Source of the DNA: a virus
Direction: 5' to 3' (one strand)
IMG/VR virus record: IMGVR_UViG_3300043399_000446
Span: 1 to 64,000 of that record
Length of the DNA: 64,000 nt
Shown: one piece after another, positions 18,514-27,628 of the stretch
Position numbering within the stretch: the stretch's first letter is position 1
Layout: each line of letters starts with the position of its first letter
The notes under the pieces: model-generated
The model's database searches: none
Told to the model about the DNA's origin: nothing
Seen by the model: only the letters and a program-made list of their open reading frames with translations
Translations under genes and position numbers: made by a program

Positions 18514-19692
18514 TTAATCCTTTTTCTTTTCGGGAAGACCTTTATGTTTTGTAGCAGCATATTCGTGACCTGCTTTTTTGCTCATACCTTTAGCCACTTT
18601 AGCTACCTCCTTGCTTGCTGGCTTCTCACCTTTTTGTGCAGCATGGACCATTCCCATAAATCTTTGTTGTGCTTTACTTACTGCTTTTTCTGCCACAATA
18701 TCAATCTTGGGTTTAATTTGATTTGATGTAGTTTCTTTATCAATAGTGCTATAAATTTTTGCTACACGTTCACCTTTAAAATCTATAGGTGTTTGTTGTT
18801 CTTTGGCTTTGTGGGCAGCAACCATTTTTTTAAACTGAGTATTTTTTAACATTTTTACAAATTTTCGGGGATCCATCAAAATCTGTAAAAAATCATCTTT
18901 TCTATCAGTTGACCTATATAGTTCCTGTATTGCCTTTGCTGCTGCGGACGTTACCGGTCCAGCCACACCACCTATATTAATTTCAATTGATTTATTAGAT
19001 TTTGCAGCGTTAAATATTTTATCTAAAATTTCATTAGCTTTTATGGAGGGACCTGGTTCTACTGTATGTGCTTCATATTGAGGTCCACCTGCAATAACTC
19101 CTGCACCTGTAACAGCCTCTCTGGCCATAGTTTTATGCTCAAGATATTCGCGAATAGTGTTTAGATAATCGTTTGCTTTTATAATCTTTTCTTGTACCCA
19201 GCCTTCTAAACCTTCTTCTTCGCTGATTTCAGAAATCAATTCATAAACTTTTTTAGCATTCTTTGCTGCTTGAAATAGATCACTACGCGCCATTTCTACT
19301 TCGTGGTCAGTGCGATCTTTGTCATGTGGTATAAATCCTGATTTTAATTTGCGACCTATTCCTGGCACTAAAATCAAATCATCTTCTTCTAACTTAGCTT
19401 CATCTACTTTTGTAGTATCCTGTTGAGGTTTACTTTTCATTAAAGCACGCATTTCTTGTTTAGTTTTGCCATATTTCTTTTTGAATTCTTCATCAGACAT
19501 TCCATCTTTGCCTGAACTAAGATCCATTTGTAATTCCTTGACTCTACCTTCAGAGATGCTATTAGCGTATTTTTTATTTGTTTTTTTACCGGTAAGTAGA
19601 TTACCGCCTTTACGACTTTGTTTGAATAAGGGAGTGGCTACTGTAGCAACGCTACCTGATGTCGTAGTTTCTACAATTTGAGTGATTTTCAT
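18514..19692 (-). CDS. modular probable internal head protein
   Basis: MKITQIVE start, late promoter upstream, C-terminal KAVSKAQQRFMG...KHKGLPEK module. Confidence 0.65.
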   Translation of the reverse strand: MKITQIVETTTSGSVATVATPLFKQSRKGGNLLTGKKTNKKYANSISEGRVKELQMDLSSGKDGMSDEEFKKKYGKTKQEMRALMKSKPQQDTTKVDEAKLEEDDLILVPGIGRKLKSGFIPHDKDRTDHEVEMARSDLFQAAKNAKKVYELISEISEEEGLEGWVQEKIIKANDYLNTIREYLEHKTMAREAVTGAGVIAGGPQYEAHTVEPGPSIKANEILDKIFNAAKSNKSIEINIGGVAGPVTSAAAKAIQELYRSTDRKDDFLQILMDPRKFVKMLKNTQFKKMVAAHKAKEQQTPIDFKGERVAKIYSTIDKETTSNQIKPKIDIVAEKAVSKAQQRFMGMVHAAQKGEKPASKEVAKVAKGMSKKAGHEYAATKHKGLPEKKKD

Positions 19693-19761
19693 GATTGATA
19701 CCTATTAATAGCTATTATACTATTTATCTGTACCAATCATGAATTGTATTTTGAAAATAAA

Positions 19762-21150
19762 TTATCCAGCAATATCTTGTGCGTTATTGGGGAATGAGCG
19801 GCCTTCTCCCCAAATAATTTTTACTGCACCATCGGCGCCGGGTGCTGCCAATCCGGTATTATTATCATATGATCCGCCCCCACCCCCTCCAGGCCAACCA
19901 CCATTTCCTCCTTTAGATCCTGAAGTTGTTAGACCATTACCTACCGATCCTGCTTGGGCGGGATAACCTGAACTGAATATTGTGGTTCCACCGCCACCGC
20001 CACCTGTTATATCACTTTGACCTGTACCACCATTACCACCACCATTGTTACCTGATCCAGCAGAGAATTGTGCGCCACCACCGCCACCTGATCCTGTACC
20101 CACTCCATTTAATCCTGTACTATATAATAGCCCCGAAATAGATCCTGAACCGTTACCACCTACACCATCGTAACCGCCCGCACCACCTCCACCTCCACCA
20201 CCATTATAGCCAGCCCCTCCACCACCACCATTACCTCCACCTGTAGTTACCCCTTCAGGTGTGCTAGTAAATGAGAAGGTTCCTCCTGTGGCTCCTGGAT
20301 TATTAGAATACGGTGCTCCACCCTGACCACCACCTGCATTAATCACAAAAGATCCTATGGTTATTGTGGTATTAGCACCGCTTTGGGCTCTGGCACCTTT
20401 ACCGTTGCCATTAGTTCCACCTGCTCCAACTACAATTGTATAAGATGTTCCAGGTGTGACTGCAATATCATTGGCATAAGCCAATGCGGCGCCACCTCCA
20501 CCTCCGCCACCACCATCACCTGAATTTCCGTCATCGCCGCAACCGCCTCCACCAATAGCAACTACGCATATGCTAGTAACGCCTTCAGGGGCAGTCCATG
20601 AGTAAGTTCCTGCAGTACTATAAATTTGTTGGGGTCCTTCAATAGGAGGAGGAACTGGTGTTGGTCCTGAAAAAATAATAGGTAATTGTTGTACAGTATT
20701 GTCTGTAAATATACCATAATTTACATTACCTTGTACTGTAATTGGTAAATTAGCAAATTCAGTATCAGTAAATATACCGTAATTTACATTACCTTGTATT
20801 GTTATTGGAAGATTAGCAAATTCAGTATCAGTAAATACATTTATATTAGGCAAACTAAAATTAGATGATATATCTTCATTAATAGTACCTACAGCAAATA
20901 TACTTAATCCACCACCTTGAAATGATACTGTTACATCTTCATTAATAGCACCTGCTGCAAATATACTTAGACCACTACTTTGAAATGAAACTAAAACATT
21001 TTCATTAATAGCACCAGGTACGAATAAGCTTGGATTTCCCGCAAAGCTTATAGATATTTCAGCATCTTCATTTGGACCAATGAAAACACCTGTAGGTTCG
21101 CTGGTTATAGTAATATTTTCTAAAAAAATATTATCAAAAATTAATGGCAT
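19762..21150 (-). CDS. glycine-rich virion/fibre protein with 21-aa repeats
   Basis: WTAPEGVTSICVVAIGGGG...GADGAVKIIWG glycine-rich domain; N-terminal repeats. Confidence 0.75.
   Translation of the reverse strand: MPLIFDNIFLENITITSEPTGVFIGPNEDAEISISFAGNPSLFVPGAINENVLVSFQSSGLSIFAAGAINEDVTVSFQGGGLSIFAVGTINEDISSNFSLPNINVFTDTEFANLPITIQGNVNYGIFTDTEFANLPITVQGNVNYGIFTDNTVQQLPIIFSGPTPVPPPIEGPQQIYSTAGTYSWTAPEGVTSICVVAIGGGGCGDDGNSGDGGGGGGGGAALAYANDIAVTPGTSYTIVVGAGGTNGNGKGARAQSGANTTITIGSFVINAGGGQGGAPYSNNPGATGGTFSFTSTPEGVTTGGGNGGGGGAGYNGGGGGGGAGGYDGVGGNGSGSISGLLYSTGLNGVGTGSGGGGGAQFSAGSGNNGGGNGGTGQSDITGGGGGGTTIFSSGYPAQAGSVGNGLTTSGSKGGNGGWPGGGGGGSYDNNTGLAAPGADGAVKIIWGEGRSFPNNAQDIAG
20690..21080 (-). repeat. 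63-bp (21-aa) intragenic tandem repeats
   Basis: INExVxVSFQxxGLSIFAxG x~3 then FTDTEFANLPITxQGNVNYGI x2-3. Confidence 0.85.
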
Positions 21151-21716
21151 TAAAATGTCCTATTTTGTGGGAAGTTAATATAAAATCCCGCAGATTGATA
21201 GTTTGCTCCTGAAACTATATCGGTATTAGGAATTTCTAAATCTGCACCTGAGCCTGTTGCGCCCACAGAACCTAGTAATGCGCCTCTAATTGTTAAACTA
21301 TTACTAGTACCTGTGCCAAATCCTCTGCCATAAGCTAAAAACCAAGTAGCTGTTCCTGATCCTACAGCCGCCGTCACCGTCAAACATTTACCTATGAGCC
21401 ACCTAACTTTTTGATTCACGATGCCCATATTTTCAACAGCCCGTGAATTATCTAATAAAACAAACTGAATTAGTAAATCAGATGACCTTGTAGATAAATC
21501 AGTAAAACTAGGAAAAGTTGCAGGAGTACCTTTATAAATATTTATTCTAGGAGATGGGGGAACATTGTTTGCTGCGGCACCCACAAACCCTCCAAAAGGG
21601 TATAAATTGTCGTATCCGCTACCACCTGATGTTAATCCCACAAATGCAGGTTGGTCAAAGCCCCCCACATAAACTATATTTTGTGCTATTTGGCTTGACA
21701 TTCTTAATGTTGGCAT
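21150..21716 (-). CDS. virion structural protein, paralog of 22141-22650
   Basis: Shared IYKGT.ATFP...R.SDLLI, IGKC, GTA.WF, GSGADLEI.N.DIVSG. Confidence 0.7.
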   Translation of the reverse strand: MPTLRMSSQIAQNIVYVGGFDQPAFVGLTSGGSGYDNLYPFGGFVGAAANNVPPSPRINIYKGTPATFPSFTDLSTRSSDLLIQFVLLDNSRAVENMGIVNQKVRWLIGKCLTVTAAVGSGTATWFLAYGRGFGTGTSNSLTIRGALLGSVGATGSGADLEIPNTDIVSGANYQSAGFYINFPQNRTF

Positions 21717-21727
21717 GTTATGACTCC

Positions 21728-22123
21728 TTAAATTACAGTTAAGTTCATGGTAACCGATACTATTTGTCCTGTTGTAGGAGTCATTGTACTGACTACCACC
21801 ATACCAGTACCACCTGATACGGAAATAGAATCACATACTATAACACTATTTCCATTTGACAGTGACCACCAAGAAATATTTCCTCCCGCAGTTGCAGCTT
21901 GTGAAATATTTCCTCCCGTTATAGAAATTGTAGTATTAGCTCTAGTATATGTTAAACCTGTATACGATAAAATATTTCCCGCTGGTAAATTAGCTGTAGC
22001 TTCAATGGGTATAGTGGGAAAAGCCACTGAGTCTGGGTAAATCCTTAAAGTTGCTGATCCTAAAGAATTCAACATACTTTGTGCCACACCCTGTGTTGAA
22101 AATGTATTTATTTGAAATGACAT
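21728..22123 (-). CDS. virion structural protein, paralog of 22664-23098
   Basis: Shared Q.N.FS, LR.Y, ITGGN, G..SW, TPT.GQ. Confidence 0.7.
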   Translation of the reverse strand: MSFQINTFSTQGVAQSMLNSLGSATLRIYPDSVAFPTIPIEATANLPAGNILSYTGLTYTRANTTISITGGNISQAATAGGNISWWSLSNGNSVIVCDSISVSGGTGMVVVSTMTPTTGQIVSVTMNLTVI

Positions 22124-22140
22124 TATATATCCTTATATAT

Positions 22141-22650
22141 TTAAACATCCCAGCCTTGTGGGAGTGAAATTAGCATGCCTGTTGATTGATAAGATTGTCC
22201 TGAAACAATATCTACATTGGCTATTTCTAAATCAGCACCTGAACCTAATGTACCTACGGTTCCTATCATTGCACCTTTGTCAGTCATAGAGGTTGTGCCT
22301 GAACGGCATAATATGAACCAAGCAGCAGTACCTGATGCTGATGCTGTGGTTACAGTTTGACATTTGCCAATTACATATTGTAAGTTTGTTCCACTATATC
22401 CTAAATTCTGATATTGACTAGATGTTGGTATAGTAAATGTAATTAATAAATCACTAGCTCTAGTTGATCTATCAGTAAGTGCAGGAAAAGTTGCAGCCGT
22501 ACCTTTATATATTAGTAATAAACTCACACTTGATGTACCAGAACCACTTATTATACTTGCAGAGGTAGATGAACCACTAGTTAATATTCCATTAGTGGAG
22601 TCATCTATCATGATATTTGCAGTCCCATTGGGAATATATAAATTTGCCAT
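22141..22650 (-). CDS. virion structural protein
   Basis: Ser/Thr/Gly-rich beta protein; paralog of 21150-21716. Confidence 0.7.
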   Translation of the reverse strand: MANLYIPNGTANIMIDDSTNGILTSGSSTSASIISGSGTSSVSLLLIYKGTAATFPALTDRSTRASDLLITFTIPTSSQYQNLGYSGTNLQYVIGKCQTVTTASASGTAAWFILCRSGTTSMTDKGAMIGTVGTLGSGADLEIANVDIVSGQSYQSTGMLISLPQGWDV

Positions 22651-22663
22651 AATATAATTTACC

Positions 22664-23098
22664 TTATGTTGCTGCTGCTAATGATAAAGAAAATGCTATT
22701 GTAAGATTTTGCCCTGATGTTGGAGTAAGGGTATTTAGAATTAATACTCCTCCACCCCCAGTGGTACTTACTGAATTTGATATTAGGGCTCCTCCCACAG
22801 TGCCAACACCAGATTGACCATAAATTGCAAACCAACTTACTGTTCCTGCACCAGTAGTTGCAACAGTAGTATTACCACCTGTTATAGTGATAACACCGTT
22901 AGATACAGTAGTGGTTAAATTAGCGAATTCTGCTAAATGTCCTGAAGGCACATTACCTACACTATTTATAGGTGCATTTGGATATGCGACATTAGAACCA
23001 TATACTCGCAATCTTTGATTATTTGTTGCACTTAATATTCCCGATCTAAGCGCCGCAGCCATAGCATTAGCTGAAAAACTATTAAATTGTAAAGCCAT
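22664..23098 (-). CDS. virion structural protein
   Basis: Paralog of 21728-22123; TAAATA and AAGGA upstream. Confidence 0.7.
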   Translation of the reverse strand: MALQFNSFSANAMAAALRSGILSATNNQRLRVYGSNVAYPNAPINSVGNVPSGHLAEFANLTTTVSNGVITITGGNTTVATTGAGTVSWFAIYGQSGVGTVGGALISNSVSTTGGGGVLILNTLTPTSGQNLTIAFSLSLAAAT

Positions 23099-23157
23099 AT
23101 CTAAATATCCTTTATTCTATTTATTCTTAATTTAAAAAAAATAATACTTTTTATCTA

Positions 23158-25113
23158 CTATTTCCTTAACAAGGGAGGTATTCCTGCCCTACTAACTTTA
23201 AATCCAAAAGCTTTAGCATTCTTTTTGATAGTATTGGGTTTTACATCCACTGTTAGCGCAGTTTTAAATCTTGGATCATTCTTTTCTGCGTTGCTTGGTA
23301 TATATCCTGAAGCACTTTCGTCAACTTTTGTTAGCGATTTCCATTTATTAGCTAAATTATTAACCAAGTCGCTAACATTATTAAGTTTATTTGCCTGCAT
23401 GTATCTAATGATATTAATCGCATGTTCTCTATCTGGACCTGAATTGGGTTTACGAGCATTACTTAAATCATTAGCAAGTCCTTTGGCCGCATCATTTTTA
23501 TAGTAATCTTGGTATATCAAACTATAACGCAATTTATTTGCTTTATCACTTAATAGGTTTTGATTGTTAGATTTAACTAATTCTATCCAAGGTAGTAAAT
23601 AACCTTTATGTGTACTTATATAACCGCCTGTTCGTTCTTGTCCTGTTAAAATAGAAACATCTCCAAGTTTTCTTGTATCTTGATTTCTCCAAGCATTTTT
23701 ATCTGTATAAAAGTATGTTGAGATTCCCAATCTTTTAGCTAAAATTAAATCTTGTCTAGCCCAAGCTTTGGTTCTTGACTCTGCTTCAGGCGACACATAA
23801 ATATGTATTTCGGTTACTCCCTTAATACTCATCGTAGGATCTTTACTAAAAATTCTATCTTCTGCTTCATGTGTTCTATGATGAGATTTTTGCGGGTCAC
23901 GGTTGCTCCAATAATCTACAGGCGCGGCCTTGTAATGACTGCTATACCATTTACCATCTAACACAAATAAAACAGCGTCATCACCTATTGTTTCGTGGTA
24001 TCCACCTCGTCTTGACCTTGTGGTGCTCAAAAAATAAGGATAACCTTTGGGGGCATATTGTTCTTCTACGCTTCCTAATGTGCTACTTAATTGAAATTCG
24101 CCTGTGCTTAAAATATTTTTTGCAGTAACGGCTGTAGTATAATGATATACAATTGGACTTAATCCTTCATTTAAAAAAGTTTCTTCTAAATTGGCTTTTA
24201 ACAGTTTTGTATAGTAGTTGGGATCTTCTTTAAGATGGTCTAATGCTATTTCTTTAGCAACTTTTATGTCTTTAGTATGTTCTTGTTCTACTTTAATACC
24301 CTTCTTTAACTCTGCCATAATGTGTTCTACACTAACATTATGTCTTTTAGTTAATTGTTGGGGAGTTAGAGTAGGGACATTTAATATAGATTGTTCATAC
24401 ATAGCTTCAATACTTAAACTCTTGCTATGTAGTTTGTCTCGTAGATCGTATAATTTTGTTAGCCAACCCTGACTGCGTAATGCTTTGTAAGCCAAGTTTT
24501 CGGGGCTGAATTCGCCACCTTTATCTAAACCCACTTGACGATAGCGACGCATTGTTTTTAGAAGTTCTTCTACTTTTTTGATGTTTTTAGATTTCAATGC
24601 TATCTGTACTAAATCATATAGCTTTTTGAACTTTTGCTTTGTTATAGTTTGATCCAAGTTTGCTCTTCGTTTTACTGGAATTCTTAACCATTTATTTTGT
24701 AATAAACTATACTCACCCAAACTAATTACAGGCTCATTGCTGTCTTGTACATAAAGTTCTACAGGTACACCATGAACTTTTATATCGTGACTATCGTTAT
24801 ATATTGTCTTTTTGGCGTTGAATAACTCACGATAAACTTCATCGTTAGATAGTTTGTTAAAATCTACTAAGATGTGTAAATCTAAATCGCTATGTGGCGT
24901 ATAAGTATAGGCTGCATTTGATCCTGATATAGTGATATCTGCTACATCTAAATCTTTAATACCTAATTCTGTAATGAAATCCTTAGCTATCAATATCAAT
25001 TGCTTTTTAACTTCAGGGCGTGGCTTATTGTTCACGAATAGTTTGGGATTCAACTTATCGTGAAATTTGACGGCGTCTGAGAGTTTGAAAGATTCTAATT
25101 GATTGATATTCAT
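23158..25113 (-). CDS. multidomain protein: pol-beta-type nucleotidyltransferase + small helical domain + ART-like domain
   Basis: ISGSNA...SDLDLH...VELY; GIKVEQEH...ALDHLKEDPNYY; VYHYT...LSTTRS...EAEDR. Confidence 0.6.
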   Translation of the reverse strand: MNINQLESFKLSDAVKFHDKLNPKLFVNNKPRPEVKKQLILIAKDFITELGIKDLDVADITISGSNAAYTYTPHSDLDLHILVDFNKLSNDEVYRELFNAKKTIYNDSHDIKVHGVPVELYVQDSNEPVISLGEYSLLQNKWLRIPVKRRANLDQTITKQKFKKLYDLVQIALKSKNIKKVEELLKTMRRYRQVGLDKGGEFSPENLAYKALRSQGWLTKLYDLRDKLHSKSLSIEAMYEQSILNVPTLTPQQLTKRHNVSVEHIMAELKKGIKVEQEHTKDIKVAKEIALDHLKEDPNYYTKLLKANLEETFLNEGLSPIVYHYTTAVTAKNILSTGEFQLSSTLGSVEEQYAPKGYPYFLSTTRSRRGGYHETIGDDAVLFVLDGKWYSSHYKAAPVDYWSNRDPQKSHHRTHEAEDRIFSKDPTMSIKGVTEIHIYVSPEAESRTKAWARQDLILAKRLGISTYFYTDKNAWRNQDTRKLGDVSILTGQERTGGYISTHKGYLLPWIELVKSNNQNLLSDKANKLRYSLIYQDYYKNDAAKGLANDLSNARKPNSGPDREHAINIIRYMQANKLNNVSDLVNNLANKWKSLTKVDESASGYIPSNAEKNDPRFKTALTVDVKPNTIKKNAKAFGFKVSRAGIPPLLRK

Positions 25114-25126
25114 TTACTTATTTATC

Positions 25127-25345
25127 TTATAATTTATGACCGCAATGTGGGCAGCGTTTGGCATGTTCTTCTTTTGCTTCTTCGATAGCTTGTCTGATGC
25201 CTTTTATGTCTTTCAATAAGTGATTAAGTAGTTTTCTATCTCTGTGTTTTTTGTCTTTTTCCAGTTCTTTTTTAATGCGTTCTTTTTGACTATTAACGCG
25301 CTTTTCAAATACTTCAATGTAATGTGGTAATGATTTTTTTGTCAT
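25127..25345 (-). CDS. small coiled-coil protein with CPHC knuckle
   Basis: 72 aa from MTKKSL. Confidence 0.55.
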   Translation of the reverse strand: MTKKSLPHYIEVFEKRVNSQKERIKKELEKDKKHRDRKLLNHLLKDIKGIRQAIEEAKEEHAKRCPHCGHKL

Positions 25346-25353
25346 AGTATAAA

Positions 25354-25379
25354 ATAAAAGGGGCAACTGCCCCTTTTAT
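25354..25379 (-). terminator. intrinsic terminator
   Basis: ATAAAAGGGGCA-AC-TGCCCCTTTTAT. Confidence 0.7.
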
Positions 25380-25397
25380 CCCTTTATCTAATAATTT

Positions 25398-26309
25398 TTA
25401 TGATGTTGGTAACTCTGTTACTACTTTACCCGTGTTATCAACTACTTGTAGATTTTTTGATTTTAAGTATTCAACATACATTGGACCAATTGTCTTAAGT
25501 AGATGCTCTTGATTCTCCATACAGAATACATAGCTACCTGAGTGGCGTAGTAGGACACGTTTGTCTACCCAAACGCGGCCGCCTAGATCACGCCAGTTTT
25601 CGCAGAATGTCCAGTCTTCGCTGTAGTAACGATTCTGACGAACGGCTGTGTCAAAGTATGTCTTTAGATACTTGTCATACTTTGGATCCATACCAATGTC
25701 ATTTTTGTATGGCTTGACTGCTGGGTGAGCATTTAGCTTCGCAAATACATGCTTCTTCATTAGCAAGAAACCTGTACCAGCTTTGCTTACTTCTTGTAGA
25801 CCATCAGGGCCTTCTTCTGCACCTTCAAATCCATTTACTACCCATTTGATAGGCATTGACTTCATTGGATATAGACCTGCGATAACGTCAACGTCACGAT
25901 TTAGTAGAACTAGCAAATGCCATGGCTCCCAACCAATGTCAGCATCTACGAAGAATAGATGTGTAGCTTCGGGCATATCTAGAAACTTAGCTGTTAGTGT
26001 GTTACGTGCGCGACTAATCAATGATTCATTGACCATTGTTTCCAATGTCCAATCAATACCAAGTTGGCGAGCAGTATTTGCCCACTTGATGAATGACATG
26101 AATACAGATTCAGTTAGCATACCGCCATAGCAAGGCATAGCGATGTGTACGCGAGTGGTACGTAAGAAATCTACATTAACTTGAATTTGTCCAGCCTGTG
26201 GCTGTTGACCTTGCTCGACTTGAGCAGGTACTTGGGCTGCTTGTTGTGCTAATTCCTGTACAGCCTCTACAGGAACTTTCTTTTCTGTCTTGGGTTTTTT
26301 AGTTGCCAT
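25398..26309 (-). CDS. GT-A fold glycosyltransferase-like protein
   Basis: IAMPCYGG, SLISRARN, FFVDADI (DxD), GTGFLL, SEDWTFC, LRHSG. Confidence 0.75.
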   Translation of the reverse strand: MATKKPKTEKKVPVEAVQELAQQAAQVPAQVEQGQQPQAGQIQVNVDFLRTTRVHIAMPCYGGMLTESVFMSFIKWANTARQLGIDWTLETMVNESLISRARNTLTAKFLDMPEATHLFFVDADIGWEPWHLLVLLNRDVDVIAGLYPMKSMPIKWVVNGFEGAEEGPDGLQEVSKAGTGFLLMKKHVFAKLNAHPAVKPYKNDIGMDPKYDKYLKTYFDTAVRQNRYYSEDWTFCENWRDLGGRVWVDKRVLLRHSGSYVFCMENQEHLLKTIGPMYVEYLKSKNLQVVDNTGKVVTELPTS

Positions 26310-26366
26310 AGTGTCCTCTTGTAAAGATAAAATTATTTACACAGAGATGATGGCGATGAAATTTTT

Positions 26367-27035
26367 TTATTTTTCGTCTATATAGTCTTGATTTTCAAGG
26401 ATATTTTGAGGTTTAGTTTCAACTAAATTTTCTGCTAGTGTTTCTGCAACCTGCTCGCCCATGACTTGGTCAAACATTTGAACAACATTTTGTGCTAATT
26501 TAGGATTAGTCTGTGCTTTAGGATACAAACTCATAACTAATGCTGTTTTACGCTTATCGTTTAATGTAGGCCAAGCTTTACGAATTTGTGTGGCACTTGT
26601 TATGCCAGGTCCAAATTCAACAGTGGGCAAATAAGCCATATATGCGTGCTTGCTAAAAGGTTGTAGGTTTTTTCCTGTATATGGTTGAAAGTACGCAGGT
26701 GAACCATCTTTCTTTGTTCCACCTGCTTGAGGGGGTTCGTTGCGATCCTTTTCGCTACGCACGAAAATCAATACATCTTCTTCGGGATTAAATTGTTGTG
26801 TAATTTCTTTAGCTTGAAATGGGCTTTTAACTTGAATAAAATGACCAGGTTCAACGCCTGCTAATTTTGCTAATTTTTCCTTTAGTGCGAACGGGAAAGG
26901 TCTTTCACTTTGGTCATTGGTTGCAGCTACATAAACTTCAGCATTGGGGAATGCTTTTTTAGCCGATTGATATAACGCAAAATGCCCTGCGTGAAATGGA
27001 TGAAAGCCACCTGGCATTATAACAAGCATACGCAT
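26367..27035 (-). CDS. HxGH cytidylyltransferase-like nucleotidyltransferase
   Basis: PGGFHPFHAGH and SATQIR motifs. Confidence 0.8.
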   Translation of the reverse strand: MRMLVIMPGGFHPFHAGHFALYQSAKKAFPNAEVYVAATNDQSERPFPFALKEKLAKLAGVEPGHFIQVKSPFQAKEITQQFNPEEDVLIFVRSEKDRNEPPQAGGTKKDGSPAYFQPYTGKNLQPFSKHAYMAYLPTVEFGPGITSATQIRKAWPTLNDKRKTALVMSLYPKAQTNPKLAQNVVQMFDQVMGEQVAETLAENLVETKPQNILENQDYIDEK

Positions 27036-27036
27036 A

Positions 27037-27423
27037 TTAATAACTCAATTTTACAAAATCCAATGTACCACCATCAAAATCAACAATCTTAGCACGCATG
27101 TAAACAAAGTTGCCTTCAATGTTAGTATAAACACTAGCATCAGATGCTAATTGTGGTGCGGTATTAGCAGGAGCATTAGCGTTAGCCACTAATTCGTATA
27201 CTTTGAACCAATCATTTTGTGTAGGTGATGTAGCTAAACTTGCTTCAATAACTATGTTGCCAGTCAAGCCTGTAGCTTTGATATTTATAGTTTGAAGATC
27301 ACGATTTCCTAAATAATATGCGGCTGCAGGTTGAGAGTTACCTATTACTGTGTAAGGTGCCCCGTTACCTGGATTCAAGTAACTGGTTTGTGGCAATAGA
27401 ATTAGTGTCGTTGTTTGAGACAT
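27037..27423 (-). CDS. probable virion beta-sandwich protein
   Basis: 128 aa, IEASL...WF...GNFVYMRAKI. Confidence 0.6.
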   Translation of the reverse strand: MSQTTTLILLPQTSYLNPGNGAPYTVIGNSQPAAAYYLGNRDLQTINIKATGLTGNIVIEASLATSPTQNDWFKVYELVANANAPANTAPQLASDASVYTNIEGNFVYMRAKIVDFDGGTLDFVKLSY

Positions 27424-27424
27424 G

Positions 27425-27592
27425 TTATGCTTTAACTACCTCTACAACAATAGAATCGCCTACTAATTCCTGTGATACTTGCTCTAGTGCGGATGCTACA
27501 TCATCACTTAACAAGTTGGCAGAATCAGTTTCGCTATCTTTAACGATTTTACTGAATTTTACTACTAGTACTTCTTCAACAATTTTGGCCAT
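27425..27592 (-). CDS. small hypothetical protein (55 aa)
   Basis: Below ORF-track cutoff; MAKIVEEVLVVKFSKIVKD..., GGAG SD and GATAAATA upstream. Confidence 0.7.
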   Translation of the reverse strand: MAKIVEEVLVVKFSKIVKDSETDSANLLSDDVASALEQVSQELVGDSIVVEVVKA

Positions 27593-27595
27593 GAA

Positions 27596-27622
27596 AAATA
27601 CTCCAATGATAGAGTATTTATC
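27596..27622 (-). promoter_or_regulatory. late promoter inside RBS-occluding hairpin
   Basis: gatAAATACTCT-atcatt-GGAGTATTT-ttc-ATG. Confidence 0.65.
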
Positions 27623-27628
27623 ATTAAT

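Noticed and set aside
20690-21080. 63-bp periodic repeats as a possible CRISPR array
   Set aside because: In-frame coding repeats varying at synonymous sites, no unique spacers, no cas genes
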